A model generated the notes under the pieces. That model saw nothing but the letters and a program-made list of their open reading frames with translations, ran no database searches and was not told the DNA's origin. From Oligoflexia bacterium (lineage in GTDB: Bacteria > Bdellovibrionota > UBA1018 > CAIPTA01), in assembly GCA_023954355.1 (NCBI GenBank), contig JAMLID010000002.1:1130-65129 (forward strand): a DNA stretch of 64,000 bases. Reading direction: 5' to 3'. Below, in pieces: positions 61,848-64,000 of this stretch (position 1 is the first letter of the stretch; the number at the start of each line of letters is the position of its first letter). The position numbers and the translations under genes are program-made.

Positions 61848-63601
61848 ATTCTTAGCTCTGGACGTTCTTCAAAAAATCTATCTTTCATTGTGTTCATTTC
61901 CATTCGTAAAAACGGAGTTAAATTAATCCATATATCTGTGGATAGGGTTTTAGACTCTGGTAGTTCTCTATTTTTTCGTCTAAGCGTTTCCATTTGAGCT
62001 TTAATGCAACTTGCTCTCTCTGGAACAGAGTTTTGGTATTGGCCAATTAAGTCAAAGACCAATGACCACATTTTTTCCTCTTCTTCAAATTGTGCTTTTA
62101 AGTAGGGCGCTATTTTTGCTTTTAAGTGCTCAACTCTTTTGGGATACCGTTGGCCGTAAGATTTTAAAGTTTCAAAGAAATCGGTAGAGATTTCTTTGTG
62201 TTCATTTGCAAGACGTAGACCTAGCACTAAGGCTACCATTTTTTCTAAAAAGTGTTCTAGGTTTACAGGTTGAAAGCGTAGTACAAAGCTGAGCTCGGCA
62301 AACGATTTTAGTATTACTTGTTTTGGAAGTCGAGTAATTGGTGAAACATAGGTTTTAGTTTCTAAATTTAAAGAATCACTTAAATAGATTTCTTCGTGCC
62401 CATAAAATGAGTGAAATGGAGTATCTAATAGAGAAGTTTTCTCTAACTCATGGAATGTTTTTTTCGTCAGTGGCATGGCTACGCTAAAGCGATCGAAAGA
62501 AAAACTTACATCGCGTAAATCTTTTAGTAGCGTCTCTGTGTCAGCAAGAGAGGGGCTACTAGAGAGTGGAAAATACATATGAGTTGTGCTTTCAGAAAGA
62601 ATGCAGCGCTCGATAATGTTTTGATGTCTTAAGAGCATTCTTTCTGCAAAAAGCTGACGTACAGAAAGTGAATATGGGTCTTTTGCTTCAGGAATAGAAT
62701 TATAGTTTACTGTCCAATCACTATCGATCATTTCTTCACTTCTATTTTGTAAATAGTCTGCAATTTCATCGAGCAAGTGAATTGAATGATTAACTAACTT
62801 AGAAAAAAGAGAAAAAGGCTCTGCAGAGAAGAGAGGTGGTTTTAGCAGTAGAATATTTTCTATTTCATTAGCTTTAATTTCGAACTTACCTAAGTTTAAA
62901 GACTGAAGAAATTGTAATCGCCCTGGTGCCCATAGAGACTCGAGTTCTGCTTTATTTTTAATAAAAACAGTTGCGTGCATTCTCATGATATCAATAGCAG
63001 CTTTTGTTGCATTTCGTAAATGTATGGCTCCGTACTGATATTCTTGAAGTTGTTGATGAAAGGCTTCTTCTCTAAGTTTTAAAACCGGCTGTAATAGATC
63101 CCAGTAGTGTTTTAGCGCTTCGCTGAAGGCATCTCTAGCATCGGGTAGTGTGCTAATATTCCATTCTCGAATAAAATCTTTCCCAAATAAAACTTTCCAT
63201 GAAAAACGAGCTTCATATGCTCTTATGGTTGGCGTTTTGAGCCAGTTTTTAAGTTCATTGTGGTCGCCCATAAGAACTTCACCCCAGAAGGGAAAAAGTA
63301 TTCTCCATTTATGGTACTTGACCCAAAAGTTTTTCAGAAACTCCATTTCAAGCTCTGACGGAACCGTTGAAAGCACTAAGAAAAAATCTAAATCACTAGC
63401 GGCGGTTACGGCTTCATGCCTGCCAGCGCCTCTGCGTAAGTATACTGTTTGTAATAAATCTTTATGGATACGCTTTGCTTCTCGTTTAGAAAAAAAAGCA
63501 AATGCGCGTTCTCCGACTTGATACCACTTGGTATAAATTTGCGATACTAATGGGATTCGTTTCAGGGCAATAGCCTGCTGTTGGAGTTCAGATTTTTTCA
63601 T
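61844..63601 (-). CDS. Polymerase-beta-fold nucleotidyltransferase-domain protein with large C-terminal helical region
   Basis: GAGRHEAVTAASDLDFFLVL matches the G[SA]-x9-13-D.D nucleotidyltransferase motif. Confidence 0.5.
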   Translation of the reverse strand: MKKSELQQQAIALKRIPLVSQIYTKWYQVGERAFAFFSKREAKRIHKDLLQTVYLRRGAGRHEAVTAASDLDFFLVLSTVPSELEMEFLKNFWVKYHKWRILFPFWGEVLMGDHNELKNWLKTPTIRAYEARFSWKVLFGKDFIREWNISTLPDARDAFSEALKHYWDLLQPVLKLREEAFHQQLQEYQYGAIHLRNATKAAIDIMRMHATVFIKNKAELESLWAPGRLQFLQSLNLGKFEIKANEIENILLLKPPLFSAEPFSLFSKLVNHSIHLLDEIADYLQNRSEEMIDSDWTVNYNSIPEAKDPYSLSVRQLFAERMLLRHQNIIERCILSESTTHMYFPLSSSPSLADTETLLKDLRDVSFSFDRFSVAMPLTKKTFHELEKTSLLDTPFHSFYGHEEIYLSDSLNLETKTYVSPITRLPKQVILKSFAELSFVLRFQPVNLEHFLEKMVALVLGLRLANEHKEISTDFFETLKSYGQRYPKRVEHLKAKIAPYLKAQFEEEEKMWSLVFDLIGQYQNSVPERASCIKAQMETLRRKNRELPESKTLSTDIWINLTPFLRMEMNTMKDRFFEERPELRI

Positions 63602-64000
63602 ATTAAAAATTGTTTTTTTCTCAACTCTAGAGTGAGTTCGTCAATATCACGCAATACTTCAAAGCTTTTGGGCTGTTTTAACGCTTTGGCGGCATCTTCT
63701 GATTGTCCACCTTTAGATTTGATTCTCCAGATAGTCCAGGCACTAGAGTTCAAAGAAAATCGCTCTCTTGTTTTGGGTCGATACAAACAGAGTTCTCCAT
63801 CTAATTTAATATTTGCAGGATACTTCCAATAAACCCAGCCACGCTCTTGAAGCTTTCGATAGCTTGCAGGAACTTTTGCTAATAAATTTTTTGGAGGTGT
63901 TCCTTTTCTTAAGGGATGAAACTTTGGATTAGGATGAGGGTATCGAAATTTTGAAGAAATCCATCCTTTTTGTTTAGAGGCAAGAACGACTAAATCAATT
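63598..64000 (-). CDS. Hypothetical protein, 3-prime part only (the ORF continues past the window edge)
   Basis: Open frame to position 64000 on the minus strand. No motif recognised. Confidence 0.4.
   Translation of the reverse strand, partial: IDLVVLASKQKGWISSKFRYPHPNPKFHPLRKGTPPKNLLAKVPASYRKLQERGWVYWKYPANIKLDGELCLYRPKTRERFSLNSSAWTIWRIKSKGGQSEDAAKALKQPKSFEVLRDIDELTLELRKKQFLI

Noticed and set aside
1-64000. CRISPR arrays, integrases, transposases, IS elements and prophage genes
   Set aside because: No regularly spaced short repeats, no recombinase or transposase motifs (DDE, tyrosine recombinase R..HxxR..Y) and no phage structural genes were seen. The only repeats are the 57-bp pair and the terminator and tRNA-end similarity.

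Overview
The window is a 64 kb stretch of a low-GC bacterial chromosome with about 70 genes on both strands. No integrase, transposase or CRISPR array was found. I cannot place it taxonomically from sequence alone; the many signal-peptide proteins, an M23 peptidase and an L,D-transpeptidase would fit a predatory or deltaproteobacterial-like lifestyle, but that is a guess.

Recognisable housekeeping genes include:
- prfB with its programmed +1 frameshift site (CTT TGA C preceded by GGAGG)
- tdk, hpt, a UPRT-family gene, a GHMP kinase and an HldD-like heptose epimerase
- class I fructose-bisphosphate aldolase (FbaB-like), cysS, a MetF-like reductase, type-B sdhCAB and a membrane fatty-acid desaturase
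- an Opp/Dpp-like ABC importer lacking ATPase genes, an ANT(3-double-prime)/AadA-family nucleotidyltransferase, a TetR regulator, an NnrS-family membrane protein and a tRNA-Ala(UGC)

The first 20 kb is dominated by secreted, lipoprotein, Cys-rich or Gly/Ser-rich hypothetical proteins.

The most interesting region is 47.2 to 63.6 kb. A Wzm/Wzt-type ABC exporter, four glycosyltransferase domains (three GT2, one GT4) and two large polytopic membrane proteins (one with C-terminal TPR-like helices) are interleaved with a peptide-modification-like module:
- an HPr-kinase-related P-loop kinase
- a PqqD-family (RRE-type) protein
- immediately downstream, a 36-codon ORF carrying a YxxPxL-like leader motif
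- an S24/S26-type serine peptidase
- a 585-aa polymerase-beta-fold nucleotidyltransferase-like protein
- a metallophosphoesterase

I read this as a candidate undescribed system that couples a leader-peptide recognition element and kinase to glycan assembly and export, possibly a glycosylated or phosphorylated peptide or an RRE-guided protein glycosylation pathway. No lasso cyclase, radical SAM or YcaO enzyme is present.

Other notable observations:
- a frameshifted catalase-related gene
- a perfect 57-bp direct repeat pair next to tRNA-Ala
- a degenerate tRNA-3-prime-end-like segment sharing a terminator hairpin with the tRNA
- an M23 peptidase whose HxH motif reads MLH
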